DNA of 64,000 nt from the human T2T-CHM13v2.0 reference genome, Homo sapiens: the NCBI RefSeq assembly GCF_009914755.1, contig NC_060933.1; one strand, 5' to 3'. The position numbers were made by a program, and so were the translations under genes. Below, piece after piece: positions 30,455-43,933 of this stretch (positions within the stretch are counted from its first letter, which is position 1; every line of letters starts with the position of its first letter). The notes beneath the pieces are model-generated. The model was not told where the DNA came from and made no database searches. It saw only the letters and a program-made list of their open reading frames with translations.

Positions 30455-32599
30455 AAACCAGTTTTTGTTCCAAGTAACACCATTCCATATACATTTAACG
30501 TCGTTTATTTTGTAAGATATTCAGTTTGTTTGTGTGGTTTTTTGTATGATTTTGATGGCCATTGGACTTCTAAGTTTTGCATCTTCTTGACAAGGACTGG
30601 GTTGACCATGCATATATGCTGCTGCCATCTTGATGTCCTTGAGTGCTTCCCCAGTTCCCACCTGCAGCACACCTGCACCCCTCAAGTCAGTCCTAGCCTA
30701 TTTCTTCTCTCCCTGGTTTCTGATGGAGATCTTCACTGTCAGTATCTTCAGGGATACTGGGAAGCAGAGAAAGGTTCTGAATATCTCCAGCTATCCACGA
30801 CAGGATCAGGGCCCCCATCTTGTCCTTATCATTACTTTAATCTCCAGTATTTGGAGGTTAAATACTGTAAAAGCAATCAGGATCATTGCTTTTACAAAAA
30901 CTCCATTCAGAAGCTGATTTAAAAATAAGAAGAAAAATCTTCCTAGGCATAACATAACACCTCAATATATTCAAACATATTGTCAATGGTTCTCTGCTGT
31001 GTTGTTAAATTTTAGAATTAGAGGATTTTAGAGCAAAAATAGACTGTAGAGATCATTTATTTAAGACTCTTAATTTTCCTTCTTTCATATTTGGCACATG
31101 GTTCTACCATCCAGTTTGTTCTGCTTTTATTGAGTGAATTTCGAAGTAATATTTTATCAAATGTCATGTATTTACATAATTAGCATAATTACATATAAGT
31201 GCATAATTGGTGTAAATATATGTAATTACATTATTATAGTATGCAAAAATCTTGTAAAAAGCCTTTTCTAACTTTTCAAGCTAAAACATATGCATTGTGC
31301 AATCATATTAGATAATTGTTGGTATTCAGTATCTTGCTCTTCTTAATTGATTTAACCAAATAACAAATCTTAATATGTGTGTTTAAAAGATAATGTTATC
31401 TTTCTTTTTGGCCAGTTGTGTAATGATTTGTTTGTTTGTTTGTTTTAAACAACAGAAATCCTGAAAAAGAATCACATTATTTTTCTATCATTTGGCTCAG
31501 GTTGGTATGTGGAACAAGCAATCCTTGATTTGAATACAACACGTAGCTTCATTTGCAAATTTTATTTGGAGAGAAATGAACACATTGCAAACTCTGTGAC
31601 TTGGCAAATAATGGGCATAAACGAAAATGCTGGATGCCACCGTCACTATGTTGGAGCTCCTAGTGCACCTCATGAAAACACTCTAGTAATTTTAAATTCT
31701 GGACCAGACATAGAGAAATGACCAGTAAGTAGAGAAATCCACACTGACCCTCTATAATCTCTTTCTTGTCAGTTTCTGTAAACAGTTCTAAATATGTTAA
31801 GAAAATGATTTCATTCATCTCTCTGACACTCCAGAATGATTTCCACATCAAGTATATCTCTTTGAAACCAAAACTTGAATTTCTGTGGAAAAAGTCTAAA
31901 TCCCTCACATCTACCAGGTTTGAAGATATATATTATTGTCTGTGGTGATTTTTACATGTCTTTGCTTAGTATTGAGAACTGGTGAATAAAATTATTAAGA
32001 TAAGATGATATAGTAAGGATATTTTTCTTCTCTCATTCTCTTGAAAATCACCTACAATATTAAGAAAAATATAAAATGAAAAGTAGAAAACATCTTTAAT
32101 CCCAAATTATAAAATACAATGTTGAAAATAGAAGGTTAAATAATAAACAATGCATGGAAGAGAGAAATAATCATTTAACCATAGTGTTTGAAGGAGTAGG
32201 TAGGTGGTTACCGAAAAGATGCAGGTTACTGTGCTTTTAAAAATGACTTAGGAATTAGTGGCACCACCAACATAGTAAGATGTAAGATGTAAGAGTAAGG
32301 CAGATGACTGAAAATAAGGATAGCAATATCATCAGTTAAGTCATCAGGTAAAGTAAATTCTATACAAGTAATGCAACAGCTAGTTCTCTCTATCATAGAG
32401 CTCCACAATATTTCCCTAAGCAGGAGACAGGGTGGATCCTCTGGAGAAAAAAAAAAAAACCGCAGAAGAAAAGACTTACAAATGCCAGCATTTTTGTGTC
32501 TCTCAAAAAGGTAGCTAGCGATACAACAGCCTTTTCAAGTATTAGGCTATTCAGCAAGCCATTCCCCCAATTCTGTCCAAACATACACAGAATTTATTG

Positions 32600-33700
32600 C
32601 ATATTGAACTTATGAAACAAGAGGAGGGCACTATGCAAAAAGGCATATCAGAGAAAAACAAAGACCTATTGACAAAAGAAATCATAAGATACAATATCAA
32701 GATGCTAAAATACTAGTGATAAAGAGAAATAATTGGTCATAAACAATGGGTAAGAAACAAAGTGATATTCAATTTCTCAACAGCAAATGTAAGATAAGTG
32801 ACACTAAAACAATACCTTTAAGTGTTTAGTCAAAATGATACCAACATACATATTTCTGTGCAGATAATCAATAGAGTGTGCGGCTAAAATTAAGACATTT
32901 TTATTTATGCATCAAAAAAGCTACTTCTCATTAATGCATTTTCAAAGAGCTTCTGGGAAATGTGTATCCCCAGACAGAGGAAAAAAAAAAAAAACAAGAA
33001 AGGGAAAGACACAGAATTAGGAAGCAGAAAATGCAGGAAAAAAGGATCTAATGCAGGAAAAAAAATATCAAGAAAAGCAAAATAAAGTTCCAGGATGGCA
33101 ACTGTGCAGCTGACACACAGATCAACTGGACTAAATTAGTGGGCTTCAAGAGGAACAGCTACAGGATCAGGTTTAACCATGTAAAAACTTGTACTAAGAG
33201 ATATTTTACTCAATTATTGGAGGATTTAGATTTAATCAGGTATTAAACATTTTTTCAGATAAAAATGAAGTACATATTAACTTGAGAAAAATGGAAAAGT
33301 TGTACAAGAAAGAAATAAGAAATATAAGCACAGTATAGACCTGTAGCTCAAAAGTAATCAATACTTTCAGAGTTCTAAAGTTGAAATGAGTGAACAGGGA
33401 CTTAACCAAAAAATTAGTCCAGAGTTACAATGGCAGGTAAGGAAAGAAGAAGGAGTATAAGAGAACTAAAATCCCTTTTACAATACAAGGTACATAAAGT
33501 CTGTAACTGAGGAATCTACAAGTAGAAATATATTCATATTATAAAGAAAGATGGAGATAGAATCCAGGGGAAATAACTAAAACATTTGCAGCTAGCTGCC
33601 ACTGGAAAGTGGGGATATATTTATTTATAAACTTTTTAAATATTATTTCATCTTTTAAATTATTTCTATAAATATTTTGTTAAAAATTACAAATAATTTA
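32600..33700 (+). mobile_element. HAL1 / old L1 ORF1-derived fragment
   Basis: 'aagagcttctgggaaatgtg...caagaaagggaaagacac...ccaggatggcaactgtgcagc' resembles HAL1. Confidence 0.55.
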
Positions 33701-34217
33701 ACAATTTTATATCACATCTCAAAACAAAACCAATCAAGTTTTTTTATATGAGATCATTTGCATTAGAAATACTTAATTTGGATTTGATAAATTAAATTTA
33801 ATTTTGCTAAATTGTTAGGAAGATATCCTGGAAATTTAAAAAGTGTATAGAGTGATTGAAATTTGTAGTGCATAGGGAAGTGGAGCAGAATCTACACACA
33901 TCAGACAAAAGAAACACAGAGTTGCAGGTGTCCCAGGAGGCACCTTCAAGTAGAGGCGAACGCCAAAGGGATCTGCATGGGCTGCTAACAAGTGATATGG
34001 CGTCTATCTGATGGACTAAGATAGAAACCTGAGTTATTCCTGGCTTTCTTTCACATGCTTTTTACATCCAGACAGTCATCAAATCCCACCTCTAATCTCC
34101 TTCACTCATGTTCTTCATCTCTTTATCACAGAGCTCCACATTTATTCATCATCATTTATTCTTTGAATTGTTGCAAGAGCCTGTTCATTGATTTCTTTGA
34201 GTTTTAAACTGCTGTCA

Positions 34218-34506
34218 TTTTTTTTTTTTTTTTTTTGACACGGAGTCTCGCTCTGTTGCCCAGGCTGGAGTGCAGTGGTGCGATCTCGGCTCACTGCAAG
34301 CTCCGCCTCCCAGTTCACGCCATTCTCCTGCCTCAGCCTCCGGAGTAGCTGGGACTACAGGCGCCCGCCACCACGCCCGGCTAATTATTTTGTATTTTTA
34401 GTTTCACCGTGTTAACCAGGATGGTCTTGATCTCCTGACCTCATGAGCCGCCCGTCTCGGCCTCCCAAAGTGCTGGGATTACAGGCGTGAGCCACCGCGC
34501 CCGGCC
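34218..34506 (-). mobile_element. AluY with ~11-bp deletion in left arm
   Basis: gcaagctccgcc, cacgccattctcc, CpG-rich; 'agagacggggt' missing at ~34402; TSD tgctgtcatttt / tgctgtcgtttt. Confidence 0.95.
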
Positions 34507-34579
34507 TAATTGCTGTCGTTTTCATAACGAAACATAATCCACTCCTTTTCCTACTGTAACTTCTCATTTCACACAGGAC

Positions 34580-34800
34580 CCATTGAAGTAAGAATATTCT
34601 AAAATTAAGTCGTCTGGAATCAAAACTGAGTCTGATCCCTGTCTTTGTTCCTGATCAGCTTCCTGATCTTTGGCATGATATTTATACACTGTCTCATTTT
34701 CTTCGTTTGTATATTGGGGATGTTTATAATTATTTTGCAGGATTATTTTGAATGTGAGAAATAATATCTTTAATTTGATTTTCTTTTGTTAGCTAATTAA
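34580..34800 (+). mobile_element. MIR
   Basis: 'tctggaatcaaaactgagtctgatccc...gtctcattttcttcgtttgtatattgggga'. Confidence 0.55.
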
Positions 34801-36777
34801 ATGGTAACTAACTTTTATTCATATAATTAGTATGGTCTCATCACACAAGGCCCTTTGCAACATTGCTCCTACTTCTATGTCTAAGTTCTGCTTCACTTTC
34901 CTATGCTCCATCCATTTCAATCACCCCAGACGTCTCTGTATAATTTGGCCATGTCCTATCACAACTCTAATCTTGTTTGTATTCCTGGAATGCCCTGAAA
35001 AACTCCTACTCAGACTTAAAAAGCCAGCTCAAATATTGTGTTCTTCGTGATTCTTTTCCTTCTTCATTGAGGTAGAGTCTAACACTTCTTCACACACCAC
35101 TAACAAACTAGGTTTGAAATGTTACTTTTGTACATTTAAGAACCTTTTTTACATTTTTCATTTTAAAAACATTTTAATAGCAAAAATATTATAACAGAGA
35201 GGAGTACATACTAACGAATGTAATTTAAATAAGATTTATTGTATAAACATAGATGTTTTAATAACTGTAATCTGGAAAAAGAAATAGAACACAGCCTGTA
35301 TCACTGAAGCTCCTCTATGTCCTTCCATGATTACCACCTATCCCGTGCCTCCTTGAGTTAATAACTATTTTGATTTTGTGATATTTTTTTTATAATTTGC
35401 TAATTTTAATCTGAATCTTTGAAACATACGTTTTTCTATTTTAAACTGCACATGAATGGAGGTATGCTGAATAAATTTTTTGACATATTTTCTTTAACTG
35501 GTCTTGAAAACATGTTTTAACATATGTCTCTCTGACCAGCCTATATGCTTCTCTAAGCTAAGAACAAAATGAAATTTACTTTTATATCTCTAGTACCAGG
35601 TATACTGTCTTCCATAACAAAAGTCTATTAAAAGAAAAGATGAATAAATAGACGGCTGGATAGATAGATAGATGATATTCTTGTTATTGGGAACTACATA
35701 GTTTAGGAGGCTATAATAAGTGTTTGTTCTAATGTGGAGCTGAAATGAATATTGATTTTCTAAGGCAGGGTTTTGATGCAAAATGCAGACTTTCAATGTG
35801 GCAGGTTATAAGTTAAGTATTTTTAAAATATGAATATGATTGAGTTGGCTGAGTTTCATATGTGCAATTAGCTTGTACTTCCAAATATGTCAAATTATTC
35901 AGTGATTGCCAAGATCACACTTTCTAACATGCCCTATAGTAAAGATTAAGAACTCTTATAACATTCATTTCTCTAGAGCCAACGAGCATGGCAGTGCAAA
36001 GTTAAATTCTATGCATGCATCCAGAAAGAGAATGGCATAAGGGCAATGCTAATTACTTCAAAATCTGACCAAGGATGTATAAATAGACCCTACCTAAGAT
36101 CTTATATATATGAAAATTTGAAAGTATTGACCTTTACTATATCAGAAAGTAGAGTTAAAAGGAAACTCTCAAAAATCATTTATAAGCTTATAAAAGCAAA
36201 GTTTCTATTAAGTGACCAGTGTATTTATATGCGATAAGAAGATACTACTTTTAATGAAATAAATACATAAACATTTTGAACTGTCTACAGAAAAACTCAG
36301 AGAGATGGTAATGAAAACACTCTGTTTATATAAAAGAACTTCTTCACTAGTCCCATAGAATAGAGTGAATAGAGTCTTGTCTTAATACAGCATTGATTTA
36401 TTATGTAATATATCCATATTCCCGATGATCAAGATCTTGCTGGTGTATATGGAGGCTGAGGGCCAACTTGGCTCATGTGAAGAAAGATAAATTTTTTATT
36501 GTGTCTTGAATGTTTTAATATGAAACAAAACTAAAAAAGAAAAAGCCTCTGTCTTAAGCATCACTTACATTATGTAGAAAGAAGCAATTTTAAAATCATT
36601 CGTTCATCATATAAGAGTATCATCAACACAGGAATCACCATTTAGAGTGATAATGAAGATTCTGTTTTCACACAATGGGAGCTATTTTAGTATTCTTTCC
36701 TTAGCTGCTTCTGGCAGTTCACATTGTCAGCGAAGTTAATGCTGGATGTGGAACATGATTCCTCTCTTTTTTTTTCC

Positions 36778-36938
36778 ACAAATTTATTTTTTTTTAGATC
36801 AACAGATAAAATTTTATGTATTTCTCATGTATGACATGAGGTTTTGAAGTATATATACATTGTTGAATGGTTAAAGTTAGCTAATTAACATATGTATTAC
36901 CTGACATAGTTATCATTTTTGAGGTAAGGACACTTTAA
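36778..36938 (-). mobile_element. L1MA-type 3' end
   Basis: 'ttttgaagtatatatacattgttgaatggttaaagttagctaattaacatatgtattacc'. Confidence 0.8.
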
Positions 36939-37369
36939 ATTGAGTTGGTAAAGAGAAAAATGACTTAGAAGAAAAAAATAATAAGGCCTTATGCAAAAAA
37001 TGGTGAGATATGACTGCTCAGGGAGAAAGATACTTCAAATAGCTTAAAATGCTCCCCATTGTCCAATCTAAATTTTCTTTGATCTTTTAAAGTTTTTAAA
37101 AAATGTAGCAACATTTCCATTAATAATTTAAATCTTAAAATCATCATGCACTAAGTGCAAGGTAGAATTTCACTTTTTTATATATAAGGTTAAGTCAGGT
37201 GGTAAACAAGGATTTTATTCTCCCTTTGCATTAATTATTTATTTAATAGAGTTTGTTTCTCTCTTAAAAAGTATGGTACAACAATAATATGCTTTCCCAT
37301 TGCATCATAAACCCCTATTTAAACAATCCATTTTTAAAAAAAGATACTGGCAACAAGAAGTGTGATATT

Positions 37370-37870
37370 TAAAATAACATCAAATTTTGCTTTACCAAAC
37401 GCACCACAGATTTTTAAACAGTAAATATTCTCACCTTCAAAGTAACAATACTGTCATTATTTATTTTTTTAAGGCAAAGAATGTTCTTTTGGAATTTGTT
37501 TTTGAGCCTGTTTGAAAGTTATTCACATTTAGCCTTATTCATTTAAAAACGATTTGGAGGTAAAGCCATGTTATTTGAATACTTACCCATTTCATCCAGG
37601 AATCTTGGCTCTCAATAGCTAATGACTAATTCCAAAAGCCAAATCCGACTTCAAATCATCATTTTTTCCATCAATCTGAGACATTCAAAGAATGCACCAT
37701 GGGATCTTGAAGGCATTAACATAAGAGATGCTTTCCAAAATGTCTTGAGCAGTGAGAACATCATTGAAATATTAATCCACATTTCAAAATAACTGCTTTG
37801 ATGAGGTCAATGTTTATTAGAAAATCTTAAATCTGATACAGTTGAAAATGAGCTACATCATGTAATAATC
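37370..37870 (+). mobile_element. ancient mariner-type element (MARNA-like)
   Basis: decayed mariner transposase C-terminus: YSPDLAP-like 'ccatttcatccaggaatcttggctc', then 'gacattcaaagaatg...ttccaaaatgtcttgagcagtg'. Confidence 0.6.
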
Positions 37871-37889
37871 ACAAACTCATGTGAATAGT

Positions 37890-38415
37890 CTACTCCTTTC
37901 TCCATTTATTCTGGACATTGTAGATTTCAAATTCCTTGTTACAGTCTGGAAGATCTGACCTCTGTTTTCTTCTCTGACCTCTACTCACTTTCTGTATCCC
38001 AGATACAGTGGCCATCTTCAAAACTACATCAAACCCACTGCTTTCTCTGCCTTCTGCTTGCTGTTTCCTCAAACTAGGACACTCTATCAACAGGTGTTCT
38101 CAAAACTTGATTTCTCACTACATACACTCATGTCATTAATCATTTGTCACCACATTAAAGAGACCCTCCATGACCACTCCACCTAAATACCTCCACCTCC
38201 TTATCTATCTTTATTTTCTTCTTATGACCATGTAAAAATACACTGTGTTTTTATATGTATGTTATCTAATTCTGTCCCAGGAACATAAAGTCCATGAGGA
38301 CAAGGGGTTTAAATGTTTTGTTCACCACTCAATTCACGATGCCTAGAACCACGCAAGCAAGGCCTTTAGTAAATTCTCAAGAAATATATGTCCAATACTG
38401 AGTGATGAACTGAAT
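37890..38415 (+). mobile_element. L2 3' part
   Basis: 'aagtccatgaggacaagggg...tgttcaccac...gcctagaac...ctcaagaaatatatg'. Confidence 0.7.
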
Positions 38416-40367
38416 AATGTACTTAATCAGTGCCTACCTACCCTGTTCTAGTGATGCGGAAAAAGGGAGGTGGAAGGATACTCTTTCTTGAAGGAGCTCA
38501 CTGTTTATTAGGGGAGATGGACATAAAAACAATATGTAGTTACAATAGGTAGTTTGAAGGGTAATAAGGGTAATATACAGAGGATGGCACTAAAGAATAA
38601 AGAAGAACTTTGAATAGTCAATGAAGGTTTCCGAAAGAAGAATAGTTTTCAGTTGAGTCGAGAATCAACTGGGGTTTAACGGTGGAACAAAAATTTTAAA
38701 AATTCTAGAAAAAGCAAATAGGTCAATTCACTTTAAAAGGTGTGTAGAGGTATAGAGTACTTACCAGATAGTCGACATTCTGCTAAATGCTCAAACACAA
38801 TAATAAGAATCAATAATGAATACCAATGATCTTACGATATATTGGGGTAGACAAATAGGTAAATAATTTAATGAATGTAATAACTATTCTGATAGCATTA
38901 TGCATGGTGAACTCATAAAAGAAAACCAGTTGCTTCTCTGTCAGATGAGAACTAGAAGGGAAAATCTATGTTCACTTTAGGGAAGGCATAGCATTCCCTA
39001 TTTCAGTAACTGTCTACTTCCACACACCAGAAAGACTCTGTCTTTCATGATATCATCTACTTAAATGACAAAAGAGACAAGTGAGAGAAGAGGCCTCAGG
39101 TGCTGGAGAATAAAAAAGAGATTATATAGAAAATTTTGTCCTAAGTTAGCTTTTAGGCTAGACTATGCTAGGTATTAAAAAAATCATTCTTCATTGAGAA
39201 ATCTGAAGCTTTTAAAAATAAATGCTTTATGTCAACCAGTGATATAAGATATGTGAATAGCCCTCAAGTCTATACTTTCTACACATAATTATTTTTGAGA
39301 AAAGCAAAATAGTAAGATATATCCTATTTCTTCTGATTTTGGTCCAAAATACTGATCTCTATTCTTCAATGTTGCTTACATAGATTTGTAGAAAATGCAT
39401 ATCTTGAAATTTAATCATCATTGTATAATATTTAAAATAGGGAACTGCAAAAATCACTTACTCTATCTTTAAAGTTATTATATTTCTTTTGTTAAATACG
39501 GAAAACAGAAATGGATTAAAAGACCTCTACATTGGTTTAGTGGTACAATTTTTCTTACAGTAGGAGTATTCCTCACAGCATCCTTGAGTAGTTTTGCAAA
39601 CATGTAATAGTGTTATACCTGGATCAAGAAAATTAAAACACTGACTAATTAAAAAGCACCTTCAAGATAAATGTGCTCTATATAGAATAATTGGTCATGT
39701 CTATTAATTGCAGAAGTAAACTGACTTTTTAACAAACTAGAATCTTTTTCAGGGGGATAGAATGGCAAAACAGACAAAATTATAAGTTTTGTGAATATAT
39801 TAGTCTCATTGATAAATCCTAAAACATAAATCTATTTTAGCTTTACCTTTGGCAATAGACAATAAAAAAAATTACATGTCTTTAGTTACTCCTCTGATCA
39901 GATATCTCATCTATAAAAATTTGATGACACAACTTGTCAACAAAAACTACATAATTGAAACCATTGTTTCATTCCATTAATCTCAATTGTATGCAGCATC
40001 AATTGTGCCTAACCTTATGGCTACTTGGCAACTCTGAAAAAAGTGTACTCTCCTTGAAAGCATAAATTGCGCATGTATTTGTGCTGCGTAGTTACCTATA
40101 AGTTTTTAAGGGTAGACATATTCAACATATGCAGTGTCTCGCACATGTATGTTTTGTTGTAAATCGTAAAAAAAGTTCATTCTTTGAATAAGTAAATGTA
40201 AGTCTATACAATATTACAGAGAAGAAAACTCCTTTAGGAAAATACACTGCTGTAGAGGAATCTATTACAAGAATAGTTTTATCTCATCTTTGGAAAACGG
40301 ACAGTGAAGACGGCAAAAATGTTAAAAATGTTCAGAAATCATTGACTTTTTGTATAAAAGAAGATCA

Positions 40368-40668
40368 GGCCGGTCATGTTGGCTCATGACTGTAATCCCA
40401 GCACTTTGAGGCCAAGGTGGGCAGATCACAAGGTCAGGAATTTGAGACCAGCCTGGCCAACATGGTAAAACCTTGTCTCTACTAAAAAAAGAATACAAAA
40501 ATTAGCTGGGTGTGGTGGCACGTGCCTGTAATCCCAGCTACTCAGGAGGCTGAGGCAGGAGAATCGCTTGAACCAGGGAGTCAGAGGTTGCAGTGAGCCG
40601 AGATTGTGCCATTGTACTCAACCTGGCCAACACAGTGAGACTCTGTCTCAAAAAAAAAAAAAAAAAAA
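40368..40668 (+). mobile_element. AluSg-like
   Basis: gcagatcacaaggtcagg, A-tail, TSD aagatca. Confidence 0.93.
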
Positions 40669-41925
40669 AAGATCAAACCCATTTTAATTCTTTGTTTTAT
40701 TGACAATGCACTGAGCAAAATAAAGCCATTGAACCCACACAAACAAAGCCCCCACTGATAAAGAGTCAGGCTTAGTTATAAATAAGACAAATAGGAATCA
40801 GGCTTCACGTCCATAGCAGCTTGAGGAGGATTGGACCAGTGTTGCACAGATTCCTGTCCTAGAAAAAAGAATTAAGAAGAGTAATGATTTGAGGGGAGTC
40901 AAGAGGAAACTACTAAAGATTTAAACTTTGTCTCTAGCTAGTACTTCTAGGGTACACATCCTGCTAATTCAGGCAGTGCTTTAAAGCTAGAATGGATCCC
41001 TCATCTTTCTTCATGAGCAGGCCTCCGACTTCCAGGCCAGAAATTGTCACATTATTTTTTCAGAGCGGTTACTAATATTATGTCCATTGCCAACCTCATC
41101 TGTGACAAGGGAGAAAATTCATTTGGTAGGTATATTCTACCTTGGGATAAATTTTATGTGTGGACACAGACAGATGTTTCTAAGATTTCCTCTGTTCACT
41201 GCATATTCTGTTTCTCAGGCTGCTTCTTCAAGATCCTAGGTGACATGAGTACCTAATTGCTTAGTTGAAATGGATAGATTATAGAAGCAGGAATAGAACA
41301 GGTCTAGACTTCAGCTGTGATAATATATTAATACTAGCCTTCCTATGAATCTGAGTGAAAACAAGTGACCATGGAATAACCATTGCGTCCCCAAGACACT
41401 AGCCTAAGAATACAAGGTTTACTATCCAGACTTGATTTATCTATGCCTTTAGAAAGGCTTCAGATGGAAAGACTCCCTGAGTGCCATCTGTAGCTTGTCT
41501 AAGGTCTTTTGGGAAACAGTGTATACCCCGTATGCATTGCCTGGTCCTCAAGGGAAGAGACTGACTCATACTGCACTTGTTAATTTCGGGTCTTTGTGAA
41601 AACACAGGTAGGTCCTCGACAGGCTTATGCTTCTCCCATGAATGACAGAAGGAAAAGCAAATGATACTCAGAAAATAAGTGTCCTTTGATAATTTCTTTG
41701 ATGTTGGAACTGTAGACCTTCTCATGCACTGTTATCTGTATAGAGTTCCTTTCTTTCTGGCTTGGTAACTACCTACCTCGCTCTGCCCCTCATCCTTTGT
41801 CAAGGTCTAATTGCTGATGCACAGATTTTAATCCCCTACTTTTTTACTCCCTGGGTAGTTTTTATTATTATTATTATTATTTTTGTCAGAATCTCTAACT
41901 CAGTAGTCTCTACGCCATCTTTCTT

Positions 41926-43896
41926 TTAAAAATAAAACTTTTACTTTAGGTTCAGGTGTACATGTGCATGTTTGTTATATAGTTAAACTTGTGTCATGGG
42001 GGTTTGTTGTAAAGGTTAATTTCATCACCCAGGTACCTAACCTAACACCCAATAGTTATTTTTTTCTAATCCTCTCCCTCTTCGCACTCGGCACTCTCAA
42101 GTAGACCCCAGTGTCTGTTGTTCCTGTCTTTGTGTCAGTGTGTTTTTATCATTTATCTCCCACTTATAAGTGAGAACATTCAGGATTTGATTCTCTGTCC
42201 TTGTGTTAGTTTGCTAAGGATAATGGCCTCCAGCTCCATCCATGTTCCCATAAAGGGCATAATCTTGTTTTTTTTATGGCTGCATAGTATTCCATCATGT
42301 ATATGTACCAAAGTTTATCCAAACTGCCATTGATGGGCATTTAGGTTGATTCCATGTCTTTGCTATTGTGAATAGTGCCGTAATGAACATACACATGCAT
42401 GTGTCTTTATAATAGAAGGATTTATATCCCTTTGGGTATATATCCAGTAATGGGATTGCTGGGTTGAATGGTAGTTCTGTTTTTAGCTCTTTAAGGAATC
42501 ACTACACTGCTTTCCACAACAGTGGAATTAATTTACACTCCCACCAACTGTATATAAGTATTCCCTTTTATCCACAACTTTGCCAGCATCTGTTAATTTC
42601 TGACTTTCTAATAATAGCCATTCAGACTGATGTGAGATGGTATCTCATTGTGGTTTTGATTTGCATTTATTTCTCTAATGATTAGTGATGTTGAGCTTTT
42701 CTTCATATGCTTGTTGGCTGCATGTATTTCTTCTTTTGAAAACTGTCTGTTCATGTCCTTTGCCCACTTTTTAGTGGTTTTTTTTTTTCTCTTGTAAATT
42801 TAAGTTTCTTATAGATATGTTGGATATTAAAACTTTACCTTTGTCAGATTCACAGTTTGCAAATACTTTTTCCAATTCTGTAGGTTGTCTGTTTGCTTTG
42901 TTGATAGTTTCTTTTTCTGTGTAGAGCTCTTAAGTTTAATTAGATCTCATTTGTCATTTTCTGCTTTTGTTGTAATTGCTTTTGGTGTCTCCATCATGAA
43001 ATCTTTGCCAGTTCCTATATCCAGAATGGTACTGCCTAGGTTGTCTTGCGGGGTTTTTTATAACTTGGAGTTTTACATTTGAGTGTTTAATCCATCTTGA
43101 GTTCGTTTTTGTATATGGTGTAAGGAAGGGATCCAATTTCAATCTTCTGCATATGGCTAGGCAGTTATCGCAAGAACATTTATTGAATAGGAAGTACTTA
43201 CCCCATGGCTTGTTTTTGTCAGCTTTGTTGAAGAACAAATGGTTGTAGGTTGTGTGGACTTCTTTCTGGGCTCTCTATTCTATTCCATTGGTCTATGTGC
43301 CTGATTTTATGCCAATACCATGCTATTTTGGTTACTGTAGTCATGTAGTATAGTTTGAAGTTGGGTAACTTGATGCTTCCATCTTTCTTCTTTTTGCTTA
43401 GGATTGCCATGACTAATTGGGCTATTTTTTGGTTCTATATGAATTGTAAAGTAGTTTTTCATAGTTCTATGAAGAATGTAATTGGTAGTTTGATAGGAAC
43501 TGCATTGAATCTGTAAATTGCTTTGGGCAGTATGGCCATTTTAATGATATTGATTCTTCCTATCCATGAGCATGGAATGCTTTTCCATTGTTTGAGTCAT
43601 CTCCGAATTCCTTGAGTAGGGTTTTGTAATTCTCATTTTACAGACTTTCACCTCCCTGGTTAGCTGTATTCCTGGGAATTTTATTCTTTATGTGGCAATT
43701 GTGAATGGGATTGTGTTCCTGATTTGGCTTTCAGTCGGGCTTTTGTTGTTGTATAGAAATGCTAATCCTTTTTATATATTGATTTTATATCCTAAAATTT
43801 TGCTAAAGTTGTTTATCAACAGAAGAATAAACGGGCCAAGACTATGACTTTTTCTATATATATGTATATGTATGTGTGTGTATATACATATATATG

Positions 43897-43933
<37 letters not shown>

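Noticed and set aside
30350-30922. 190-aa ORF
   Set aside because: Starts at a non-ATG codon inside an LTR end; no recognisable domain or codon bias
36421-36462. C/D snoRNA-like motif (ccc-gatgat...ctga-ggg)
   Set aside because: Only 42 nt, imperfect C box, 3-bp stem, no D'/C' boxes
39770-40365. Possible ancient transposon or pseudogene with a ~60-codon open frame
   Set aside because: No ATG and no recognisable motif in the frames I translated
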